DNA of 64,000 bases from an uncultured Candidatus Saccharibacteria bacterium. GTDB taxonomy: Bacteria; Patescibacteriota; Minisyncoccia; Phycocordibacterales; Zambryskibacteraceae. Below the pieces are notes generated by a model, which did not search any database, had not been told where the DNA came from, and saw only the letters and a list, made by a program, of their open reading frames with translations. This document shows positions 47,310 through 55,599 of this stretch, piece by piece; position 1 is the stretch's first letter; the number at the start of each line of letters is the position of its first letter. Location: contig CAYGIH010000001.1 in assembly GCA_964349945.1 (NCBI GenBank), positions 169,218 to 233,217 on the forward strand, in the 5' to 3' direction. Both the position numbers and the translations under genes were made by a program.

Positions 47310-48140
47310 TTAATCCGTGGCCAACAATGACTTACCTGCCATGATGGCAGCCTTCACATTCGTCGGTGCTTGGTCGAGGCGATAGCACTCGATCCTGTAC
47401 ATCGTGGGAGCCACGAGTCGCATGCTGCCACTCGTTCCCTCTTGATACCTCGCCTCAACCGATATTCCATCGGACTGAAGCAAGAGATAGCCAGAGCCGG
47501 CGCCACGACATGAGAAAACCTCGCCGACAGCGAAACTTAACCGAGAGGCTAGGCCGCGAGTAGGTGCCGCAAGATTGAAATCATCCTGGAACCTATTGTT
47601 GCTCGGCGAGTACTTCACGTAGACGGAGTCTGCGAAGAAGTACTCGAAGTTGTAGTCCCACATACCTTCGTTGTGGAACGACACTGCCGACTCGTTCGTG
47701 AGTCCGCCAACCTTGTAGTCCGTCCTGTAGCCCGCCTTCACGGTGAAGCTTGTGGCAAACAGGTTGAACGAAGCGGCGGCACCAACGATGAATGGCTGTC
47801 CGTACGTGAGATTGGTGATGACGGCCGAGTTCATCGAGTTTGGACTCGTAAGCCCAAAGGGATTGCCTCGGTTGTCGAACATCGACGATACCTTGCCGGC
47901 GATGGCGTAAACGTAGTTCTGACCACCATCGGTTGACACGACTGCGACGTACTTCGCGGACATAGTGGCCGCGAGAGCGATCGAGTCGCTCTTCGCCTTG
48001 GCGATCGAGTCAGCATTGACCGGGGCCACGCCGACAACCTTGTCCGAACTGCACGCCGACATGGTGACGACGGTCAGAAAGACGACGACGAGACCGTAGG
48101 CGTGATTCACGAGCATGCGGTAAAACCTGTTGGCGAACAT
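47310..48140 (-). CDS. GC-rich lipoprotein (beta-rich, hypothetical)
   Basis: A signal peptide plus a lipobox-like TMSAC. GC is markedly higher than in the flanks. It has its own TTGACT-N17-TAGTAT promoter, an AGGAGG RBS upstream, and a terminator downstream. Confidence 0.6.
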   Translation of the reverse strand: MFANRFYRMLVNHAYGLVVVFLTVVTMSACSSDKVVGVAPVNADSIAKAKSDSIALAATMSAKYVAVVSTDGGQNYVYAIAGKVSSMFDNRGNPFGLTSPNSMNSAVITNLTYGQPFIVGAAASFNLFATSFTVKAGYRTDYKVGGLTNESAVSFHNEGMWDYNFEYFFADSVYVKYSPSNNRFQDDFNLAAPTRGLASRLSFAVGEVFSCRGAGSGYLLLQSDGISVEARYQEGTSGSMRLVAPTMYRIECYRLDQAPTNVKAAIMAGKSLLATD

Positions 48141-48224
48141 TGAGCCTCCTGGCTCTTAGGTTTCAAATACACAACAATGAGCGTTCTCATGCATACTAGC
48201 ACGTTTGTCTATAAAAGTCAATAG

Positions 48225-49649
48225 CTATTTTTTCTCCTTCAAATCGAGCTTTATTCCTAGCTCTTTTAGCTGTTTCTCCCCTATTTCGTTTGGAGCATCC
48301 ATCATTAAATCCTTACCCTCACCGTTTTTAGGGAAAGCCATTACTTCACGAATGTTTGGTTCGTTCTCAAGTAGCATTACCAATCTGTCGAATCCCCAAG
48401 CTATACCTCCATGCGGTGGTGTGCCTGAACGAAATGCTTCTAGCATGTAGAAAAGATTTTTCTCTGCTTCTTCTCTGGATACGCCCATGATTTCATAAAC
48501 TGCAAGCAGTGCTTCTGGTTTATGGTTTCTAATACTTCCTCCTCCTATTTCGTTGCCGTTGAGAATTATGTCGTATTGGTTAGTGAGAATATTTGGAATG
48601 TTTTTCTTATCCAATAAATCCTGTGCAAATTCTGGTTGTGCCCCAGAGAAAGGATTGTGAGTAAATGTCCACTCACCTGTGGCTTGTGGGTTATTATCTT
48701 TATTGGCTTTCTCAAAGAATGGGAAATCAATCACCCAACAAAAAGCCAAAAGATCCGGATTACTTTTATCTTCTCTTAAGTCTGGTCTGTCGTTGCCGTA
48801 CTTTTCCATTGCCTCTTTATAAGTAATCCTAGGGAATGGAATTTGTTGGATTTTTTTATGAGGATAAAGTTCGGTAACCAAAGCAATCAAAAGTTTCTCA
48901 TTGAGGTCCATTACGTCCTCTCTGTCTACAAAACTCATCTCAAGGTCAAGCTGTGTGAATTCTGGTTGTCTATCACCTCTTAAATCTTCATCTCTAAAAC
49001 ATTTTGCCATTTGAAAATATCTTTCCATCCCTGAAGCCATAAATAATTGCTTATGCTGTTGTGGAGCCTGAGGTAATGCATAAAACATTCCCTTTTCAAG
49101 TCTGGAAGGAACAATAAAATCTCTAGCTCCTTCTGCTGTTGATTTGGTGAGGATAGGAGTCTCAATCTCGATGAAGTTTTCTTTGTCTAGAAAATCTCGG
49201 ATAAATTTAGCTGCCTTGTGTCTATGTCTTATGTTCTTCTGCATTCTTGGTCGGCGCAAATCTAGGTAGCGGTATTTCAATCTGTTTTCTTCTCCAATCT
49301 CTTTCCCATCACTTGTTGTATCAAAGGCTGGGGTTACTGCTTCATTTAATATCTCAATACTGTTTACTTCTAACTCAATGGTGCCATTCACTACACCTTC
49401 CTTTATATTTTTCTCTGGTCTCTTGTTTACTTGACCAACAACCTTTATAACCCACTCGGGGCGCATTGTTTTTGCATTCTCTATTGCTTCCGCTTTTGTA
49501 GGTAAAACTACGCATTGCACTCGCCCACTCATGTCTCTTAGGTCAAAGAAAACCATTTTACCTTGGTCTCGTCTTATATCTATCCAACCAGCGATGGTTA
49601 CTTCCTCTCCGATATGCTTTTCTAACTCTTTTATAAATATTCTTTTCAT
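48225..49649 (-). CDS. aspS: aspartyl-tRNA synthetase (compact, without the GAD insertion)
   Basis: An OB-fold N-terminus, a QAPQ flipping-loop (QSPQ-like) that argues for AspRS rather than AsnRS, GGGSIR, and a C-terminal GTPPHGGIAWGFDRLVM. Confidence 0.8.
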   Translation of the reverse strand: MKRIFIKELEKHIGEEVTIAGWIDIRRDQGKMVFFDLRDMSGRVQCVVLPTKAEAIENAKTMRPEWVIKVVGQVNKRPEKNIKEGVVNGTIELEVNSIEILNEAVTPAFDTTSDGKEIGEENRLKYRYLDLRRPRMQKNIRHRHKAAKFIRDFLDKENFIEIETPILTKSTAEGARDFIVPSRLEKGMFYALPQAPQQHKQLFMASGMERYFQMAKCFRDEDLRGDRQPEFTQLDLEMSFVDREDVMDLNEKLLIALVTELYPHKKIQQIPFPRITYKEAMEKYGNDRPDLREDKSNPDLLAFCWVIDFPFFEKANKDNNPQATGEWTFTHNPFSGAQPEFAQDLLDKKNIPNILTNQYDIILNGNEIGGGSIRNHKPEALLAVYEIMGVSREEAEKNLFYMLEAFRSGTPPHGGIAWGFDRLVMLLENEPNIREVMAFPKNGEGKDLMMDAPNEIGEKQLKELGIKLDLKEKK

Positions 49650-49650
49650 T

Positions 49651-50598
49651 TTAGTCTTCTTTTACTCCTATGTTTATCTTGGCTTTGTTTAATGTCTCAT
49701 TAGCCTTAGTATTTGCTCTCTTTGCTCCATCGGCTAGAAGTTCCTTTACTATATTTCTATCTTTGGCTATTTCATTTCTCTTATCCCGAAGTGGTTTTAT
49801 GAAGGCTTTTATATCTTCTATGAGCGTTTCTTTTAGGACCTTATATTTACCTTTATTTGATTCATATAAATCCTTAAGCTCTTCTTCTGATTTAAAAAGT
49901 TTATGAAGAGCATAAACATTTTGAGGAGTATCTGCTCCAGAATCAGTGACAATACTCATCACCTTTTTCTCTATCTCATCATCCTCGGCGAAGAGGCTTA
50001 TATGATTGTTATAACTCTTGCTCATTTTCTGTCCGTCTATCCCTGGGACGGTTTTGACGCTTTCAAGGATTAAATCTTTTGGAAGTTTGAAAGTCTCTCC
50101 AAAGATTCTGTTGAACTTCTCTGCTGTATCTCGCGCAATCTCTACATGTTGTTTTTGATCCGAGCCGACTGGTACAACATCAGTGTCATAAAGCAAAATA
50201 TCTGCAGCCATAAGCATTGGATAATTAAATGTGCCCACAGAAATGTCCTTGCTTTTAGCTTCTGCGTCTTTAAAGGCGTGAGCGCGCATAAGATAAGGCA
50301 TGGTTGTTATGGTGTCGAATATCCAAGCGAGTTCTGTATGAGCAGAAACATCAGATTGCTTGAAAATGACTGATTCTTTTGGGTCAAGTCCTATAGCCAA
50401 ATAATCTATGGCCAAGTCAATTGTGTTATCAAACATTTCTTCACGATTTTGGACAAAGTTTAAACCATGATAATCAGCAATCATAAAGTAGCAGGAGTGC
50501 TCCCTTTGTAAATCCACAAATTGCTTCATAGCACCAAAATAGTTTCCAATATGAGGTCTGCCTGTTGGTTTGACTCCTGAAAGGAGAATTTTCTTCAT
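49651..50598 (-). CDS. trpS: tryptophanyl-tRNA synthetase
   Basis: A class I HIGH-like motif (GRPHIGNYFG) and KMSKS. Confidence 0.9.
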   Translation of the reverse strand: MKKILLSGVKPTGRPHIGNYFGAMKQFVDLQREHSCYFMIADYHGLNFVQNREEMFDNTIDLAIDYLAIGLDPKESVIFKQSDVSAHTELAWIFDTITTMPYLMRAHAFKDAEAKSKDISVGTFNYPMLMAADILLYDTDVVPVGSDQKQHVEIARDTAEKFNRIFGETFKLPKDLILESVKTVPGIDGQKMSKSYNNHISLFAEDDEIEKKVMSIVTDSGADTPQNVYALHKLFKSEEELKDLYESNKGKYKVLKETLIEDIKAFIKPLRDKRNEIAKDRNIVKELLADGAKRANTKANETLNKAKINIGVKED

Positions 50599-50603
50599 AA
50601 AAC

Positions 50604-52238
50604 CTATATTACCACGGGCAATTCCATGTAGAAAGTTGAACCTTGGTTAGCGCCCTTAGAATCAACCCATACTCTGCCCTTGTGGGCTTCAACCACAGCC
50701 TTCACGAATGCGAGTCCATAACCAGTAGAGTTCACGTTGTATTTCAAGGAATCTTTACCTCGACCACCTTTCGTGAAGAGCTTGGCTCTGTCTTCTGGTG
50801 CTATGCCAACTCCAGTATCCTCAACAGAGAATAGAATCTTGTCATCGTTTCTAGAAAGATGAATTTTCAATCCACCACTTTGTGTATAGCGAATAGAGTT
50901 ATCAATTAAATTCCTCACACTTTCTTTTATTTGAACATTGTCCCCTATCATATTATAGTTTCCATCATCAATTTTTGATTCATAGGCTAAACCAGCCTTT
51001 AGAGCACTATCTTTTTGTCCTTGGATTGTGTCTTCGACCAGTTCCTTCATATCAAATCTGTTCTTCGCATAAATAAGTGTACCTGTCTCTGCGCTTGAAC
51101 CGTTTAAAACTTGTTGGACGAAACCGACCCCTTCGGTCAACGATTCAAAACCCTCTTTAATCATTGGTCTTGATTCATCATTTATCCCATAACCATTTTC
51201 TGAAAGCAGTTCAGCGAAGATATTTCTAGACTTTGACAAATAGCCTTTGATTTGATGATTCATAATGTGAATCAAGTTTGATTGTCCTTCGTTCGCTATT
51301 TGAAGTGATTCTCGAAGCTGGATTTCTCGTTTGACACTTCTAATAAGTAAATATCCAAGAATAGTGAAGAAAAATAATGTAATAACTACTACAATCTGCA
51401 CAGATTCAATTCGTCTTAAGAAAAGAATTGCAAATGTCAAAATCCAAAGTGCTGTAATTAATAATTGAGTGGCAATTAATTTTGTATTGAATAAGTGATA
51501 TTTAACAATCAAATATGCCAACATGGCCATGAAAACTGGTATACCAAATAGTCCGTACTGTCCAATTTCCCAATTTCTAATTAAACTCCCAACAACATTT
51601 CCCATGGCAAAGGATAATAAGAAAAACACCGCACCACTAGTTATTAGTGCAACTTTTATTTTTTCAGCCCTATCCTTAAATTGTATAAATCTCTTTATTC
51701 CAAAACCTAATATCCAGAGACTAAATAATATTTCAATTGCGTACCCATAAAAAGCCAAATTTCCTTCTATTGCCTCGCGATTGCAATTAGTGAGATCATA
51801 TTCAGTCAAAGCAAATCTTGTGGAAGTAAGTATTACCGTTGGAAGAAGCAATCCAAAAATAATAAGTTTTTTTCTGAACGATATATCTTTTCCGTCAATC
51901 AAGGCGTACGTAAAGAAAAGAGTTCCTGCATATATCATTGGCTCAATTAAAACCAATAATGACCAAAAAAACATAATAAGAGAAGGTTTTTCATTTGCCC
52001 ACAAAACTAAGTCAGAGAAAAGCCAAATGGACAAAAGAATGATTGTTATCGCAAACCATCTTGTGGATAAAAGTTTTTTATTTTTGAAAAATATAAATAA
52101 TGCAAGAAGCAGAGATATAATGAGTGGCAGTAAATGAGAGTAATAGACGAGATTACCAAAAACATTATTAGAAAATATTAAGAATTTTGCTGTTCCCCAA
52201 TCACACATTTGTATATATTCAATGACTGTTCTCTCCAT
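50604..52238 (-). CDS. sensor histidine kinase with a multi-pass N-terminal domain; no adjacent response regulator
   Basis: About 8 TMs, a HisKA H-box (IMNHQIKGYL), and HATPase N/G boxes (DTGVGIAPED, GYGLAFVK). Confidence 0.8.
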   Translation of the reverse strand: MERTVIEYIQMCDWGTAKFLIFSNNVFGNLVYYSHLLPLIISLLLALFIFFKNKKLLSTRWFAITIILLSIWLFSDLVLWANEKPSLIMFFWSLLVLIEPMIYAGTLFFTYALIDGKDISFRKKLIIFGLLLPTVILTSTRFALTEYDLTNCNREAIEGNLAFYGYAIEILFSLWILGFGIKRFIQFKDRAEKIKVALITSGAVFFLLSFAMGNVVGSLIRNWEIGQYGLFGIPVFMAMLAYLIVKYHLFNTKLIATQLLITALWILTFAILFLRRIESVQIVVVITLFFFTILGYLLIRSVKREIQLRESLQIANEGQSNLIHIMNHQIKGYLSKSRNIFAELLSENGYGINDESRPMIKEGFESLTEGVGFVQQVLNGSSAETGTLIYAKNRFDMKELVEDTIQGQKDSALKAGLAYESKIDDGNYNMIGDNVQIKESVRNLIDNSIRYTQSGGLKIHLSRNDDKILFSVEDTGVGIAPEDRAKLFTKGGRGKDSLKYNVNSTGYGLAFVKAVVEAHKGRVWVDSKGANQGSTFYMELPVVI

Positions 52239-52404
52239 ACTATTGGTTATCTAGTAAATTCTCTTGAAATGCCACTTCGTCTGTTGAATAGGTAATTTCT
52301 TCTAAAATAACATATTTATAATAAGTAATAACAATAGAACACGTAACAATAAGTGTGAAAATCGTAATTAAAACGCTAGACTTTTTATCCATTATATTTA
52401 TCGA

Positions 52405-52884
52405 TTAACTTCTAATATTATACTCCTTTATAAAATATTTGGGTATAAATGGTAAATATTCTTTATAAATGTTTTTGGGGAGAAATTGTATTGATTTAAT
52501 AATCTTCCTGCACTTCTTTGAGCCGCATTTACATTTCATTTGCCATAATTCGTCTAACTCCAATATTGAATAATCAATGGTAAGTTCCTCTCCAGCCTGA
52601 ATATTTCGTATAGCAACAAATGTTACCGCCCCTTTAATTCCTAGATTTGGTTCACAAGAATGATTAACAAAAGACAGGGGGTTGTCTTCATTTGGGTTTA
52701 GCCATAAATTCTTAGAGATGCTCATCCAATTAGGTCCAAATAATGAATCCTTTTTAGAGTGAACAAAAAACTTCACTAGCTTTCCTTTTGCAATGAATGC
52801 AGTCTCACCTTTTTTAAGATTTTTTTTAGAAAAAACTCCTTTTCCGTGTACCTTACTGCTTGAACTGTAGGTTTTTTCTGACAT
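52405..52884 (-). CDS. SET-domain protein (lysine methyltransferase fold) with a post-SET Cys cluster
   Basis: GKGVFS, NHSCEPN, ELTIDY, and CKCGSKKC. Confidence 0.75.
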   Translation of the reverse strand: MSEKTYSSSSKVHGKGVFSKKNLKKGETAFIAKGKLVKFFVHSKKDSLFGPNWMSISKNLWLNPNEDNPLSFVNHSCEPNLGIKGAVTFVAIRNIQAGEELTIDYSILELDELWQMKCKCGSKKCRKIIKSIQFLPKNIYKEYLPFIPKYFIKEYNIRS

Positions 52885-52919
52885 GTATGAAAAATCTTAT
52901 ATGAAAAACAGCCAGGAGT

Positions 52920-53507
52920 CTAGCTCCTGGCTGTACGAAACTTCGCAATTCCCCAAATTGCCAAATGAAGGATGAGATAGTTCACTGGAAGCAATAAGTC
53001 CCACCATTTCTCCCATCGCATTAATACTGTGACAGTAAGAAGTGTGTAGGCAATTGACCAAATGAACCAAGGCTTTGGATCTTCTGTCTCGGGCTTATTC
53101 CATGTACTACGCAAAATTGGCAAAAAGGAGATCCAAATGTCAACTTCGAGCAAGACATTAGCACTTATAGGGTCATCTGACATGATCCAATAAGTTACCA
53201 CTGCCGTGTCTAAAAGAAACATCTCGATATCCAATCTGTCTGGTCGTTGAAATGAACCCTTGATCATCATGTGAACAAAGGTGCCAAAGGCAGCAATCGA
53301 ACACACAATAGGAAGGAATTCCTTCACCCAATCATGAGCCAGATCTTGATAAAGCATAACAGCAACAAAGCTTCCGAGTCCCCAAATCGCCCATGTTGTG
53401 GCATTTGGGTTTATTTCCTTGGACTCAAGCTTCTTGTTGTAGACCCAGTATCCCGCGAGTTGAACAACACCCGCGACGATACCAAACACGATCGCGAGAG
53501 TGTTCAC
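52920..53507 (-). CDS. polytopic Trp-rich membrane protein; a distant paralog of 8719..9330
   Basis: Shared blocks with the 8719 protein are NPNATTWAIWG vs DPEITSWSLWS, RPDRLD vs RKLSRLD, YWIM vs MWWM, and LPILRSTWNKP vs IPTIVLVWSNP. Confidence 0.55.
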   Translation of the reverse strand: MNTLAIVFGIVAGVVQLAGYWVYNKKLESKEINPNATTWAIWGLGSFVAVMLYQDLAHDWVKEFLPIVCSIAAFGTFVHMMIKGSFQRPDRLDIEMFLLDTAVVTYWIMSDDPISANVLLEVDIWISFLPILRSTWNKPETEDPKPWFIWSIAYTLLTVTVLMRWEKWWDLLLPVNYLILHLAIWGIAKFRTARS

Positions 53508-53640
53508 TTTTATCTCCTGTGAAAGAACGTGATATTTCTATCTTGTACATATGAATATTAGCATGTTTTACACTAAATGTCAATCAAACACATTTTAACA
53601 ATCTGTATTACAATAAATATGCCTATATTTAGGTCTTTTT

Positions 53641-54057
53641 ATGCTAATGGTTAAAACTAAACTCGGTTCAAGTTCTATACATGGTATAGGACTCTTCGCA
53701 GATCAATTTATACCCAAGGGCACTACCACCTGGAGATATGTTCCCCATTTTGATTTGAAAGTTGACCCAGACGATTTGTTAAGGTTATCAGAACCAGCTA
53801 GAAAATTGTTTTGGAGATACGCTTATGTTGATAAGCACAATAATCATTATATTTTATGTTTTGATGATGAGAGGTTTATTAATCACTCTGACAATCCTAA
53901 TATTATCCAAAAAAGAGTAGGCAATGAGATTGAAGGCCGTGAAGTGGCGGCTAGAGATATTCAAGTTGGAGAGGAGCTCACAGTAAACTATTATGATTTT
54001 GATAAAGATGCAGAAAGAAAACTAAAAATGACTGGTGTATACGAGTATTTGAAATAA
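53641..54057 (+). CDS. minimal SET-domain protein of 138 aa
   Basis: HGIGLFA, INHSDNPN, and EELTVNY. It has no post-SET cysteines. Confidence 0.7.
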   Translation: MLMVKTKLGSSSIHGIGLFADQFIPKGTTTWRYVPHFDLKVDPDDLLRLSEPARKLFWRYAYVDKHNNHYILCFDDERFINHSDNPNIIQKRVGNEIEGREVAARDIQVGEELTVNYYDFDKDAERKLKMTGVYEYLK

Positions 54058-54166
54058 TTCCTTTATAACTTGATTTATATAAATAATGTTGTATTCTACA
54101 TTAAGAATTAATGGGGCTAGGTATCCCCTACGCGCATCATTCGCTCATTAACAAAAAGGAGGCAGC

Positions 54167-55249
54167 ATGCCGTCGATACAGGCGAAGATTGTTGGGGATT
54201 TTTGTAATCTTCGGTGCACATACTGTCGTGATCGGGATTTTGATCAGGGCGGGAAACGAGTTATGACTCAAGAAGTGCTACAGGCTCTTATCAGTTCGCT
54301 GGCGAATCTGCCTGGAGGACTACAGCGGATGCATTGGCTCGGAGGTGAACCAACGCTTGCTGGCCTGAGTTTCTTTGAGGAAGTTGTCAAACTTCAGTTG
54401 AGTCATGCAAACAAAAAATGGCTCAACACTATTCAAACCAACGCAACTCTCATCAACCGTGAGTGGGCCGAATTCTTCGTAGCAAATGATTTCAAAGTTG
54501 GTGTCAGTGTGGACGGAACATCTCAGACACACGATGCTGATCGGATAAATCTTGCTGGTCACAGCACCTACGACAAAGTTATTAAGGGAGCTAACATCCT
54601 GCGAGAGTATGGTGTTAACCCATCAGTAATTTGTGTTGTGACCAAGAAGAATGCACATCTTGGAGCGGAGATGTTGCGAAGCTTGGTTCAAGCGGGCTTC
54701 ACCAACATTGCATTCAATGCATTTTACAATACGGCGAGCGACCTGCAGAAAGACCCATTCGCAGTGAGTGACGATCTATGGCTACAATTTCTCAAGGATG
54801 TATTTGAGGAATGGATTGCCATTGATCGTCCAGATGTGAAGATTCGAGAACTAGATGGCATCCTTGCTTGGACGCGTGGTCGCAGTGCTCGTTCCTGTGT
54901 CTTTCGTGGCTCGTGTTCCAATTGGATGCTTGTTGACTATGACGGAAAGGTTTACCCATGTGAACGACTTGGAAGATCTTCATATTTTGGCAATGTGAAC
55001 TCAGTTGCATCCTTCTCAGAGATCTTGGATGCATCAACTCACAAGGCATTCACCGCTCAAACACTTCGCATGCCTGACAAATGTAAATCTTGTAGCATGC
55101 AAAGTTTCTGTCACAATGGGTGTGTTGCCCACAGAATTGAAGATGGGGACACTTCGCCTCACTACGCATATTGTGGAAGTCGCTTGTCGTTCTATGATTA
55201 TCTGCTGGAACGCATCGGAATTGTAAATGACGTAGCGGTTCCGATGTAG
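54167..55249 (+). CDS. radical SAM / SPASM-domain enzyme (anSME-like peptide maturase)
   Basis: A CNLRCTYC (CxxxCxxC) cluster near the N-terminus. There are C-terminal Cys clusters (CVFRGSCSNW ... CKSCSMQSFCHNGC). An AAAGGAGG RBS is present. GC is higher than in the flanks. Confidence 0.85.
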   Translation: MPSIQAKIVGDFCNLRCTYCRDRDFDQGGKRVMTQEVLQALISSLANLPGGLQRMHWLGGEPTLAGLSFFEEVVKLQLSHANKKWLNTIQTNATLINREWAEFFVANDFKVGVSVDGTSQTHDADRINLAGHSTYDKVIKGANILREYGVNPSVICVVTKKNAHLGAEMLRSLVQAGFTNIAFNAFYNTASDLQKDPFAVSDDLWLQFLKDVFEEWIAIDRPDVKIRELDGILAWTRGRSARSCVFRGSCSNWMLVDYDGKVYPCERLGRSSYFGNVNSVASFSEILDASTHKAFTAQTLRMPDKCKSCSMQSFCHNGCVAHRIEDGDTSPHYAYCGSRLSFYDYLLERIGIVNDVAVPM

Positions 55250-55307
55250 CATGTGCCGAACAATTTCGGCAACCAAGCTACGCCAGACCTAAAGGAGGTA
55301 GGTTATC

Positions 55308-55526
55308 ATGACAGCAATCGCAGTGCAGTGTCGAGCTCTGAACGCGGCAATTGATCGTGTTGAGCACTTGCCCCGTCCAGGAGATACGCCCCTGTTCCTA
55401 GTCACTGACAGATACGATGATTACGTCGATATCCCGTACAGTGACTACAGTGACTACAGCGATTCTCCTTACGTCGACTGTCCGTATGATGATTACCAGG
55501 ACTATGAAGATGCTCCAGATCCGTAG
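55308..55526 (+). CDS. candidate RiPP precursor peptide of 72 aa; the acidic core is built from Y-x-D/E triplets
   Basis: A perfect AAGGAGG RBS lies 7 nt upstream. The core is RYDDYVDIPYSDYSDYSDSPYVDCPYDDYQDYEDAPDP. It is immediately 3' of the rSAM/SPASM gene, contains no Lys, and the DNA carries a tandem TACAGTGAC repeat. Confidence 0.55.
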   Translation: MTAIAVQCRALNAAIDRVEHLPRPGDTPLFLVTDRYDDYVDIPYSDYSDYSDSPYVDCPYDDYQDYEDAPDP

Positions 55527-55546
55527 GAGCAAATTGTAGTCATGGG

Positions 55547-55582
55547 CCGGATAATGTGCAGTGCACATCGTCCGGTTTTTTT
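55547..55582 (+). terminator. intrinsic terminator closing the rSAM-peptide unit
   Basis: CCGGA-taa-TGTGCA-g-TGCACA-tcg-TCCGG followed by TTTTTTT. Confidence 0.6.
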
Positions 55583-55599
55583 ATATACTTAAGCTAAGT

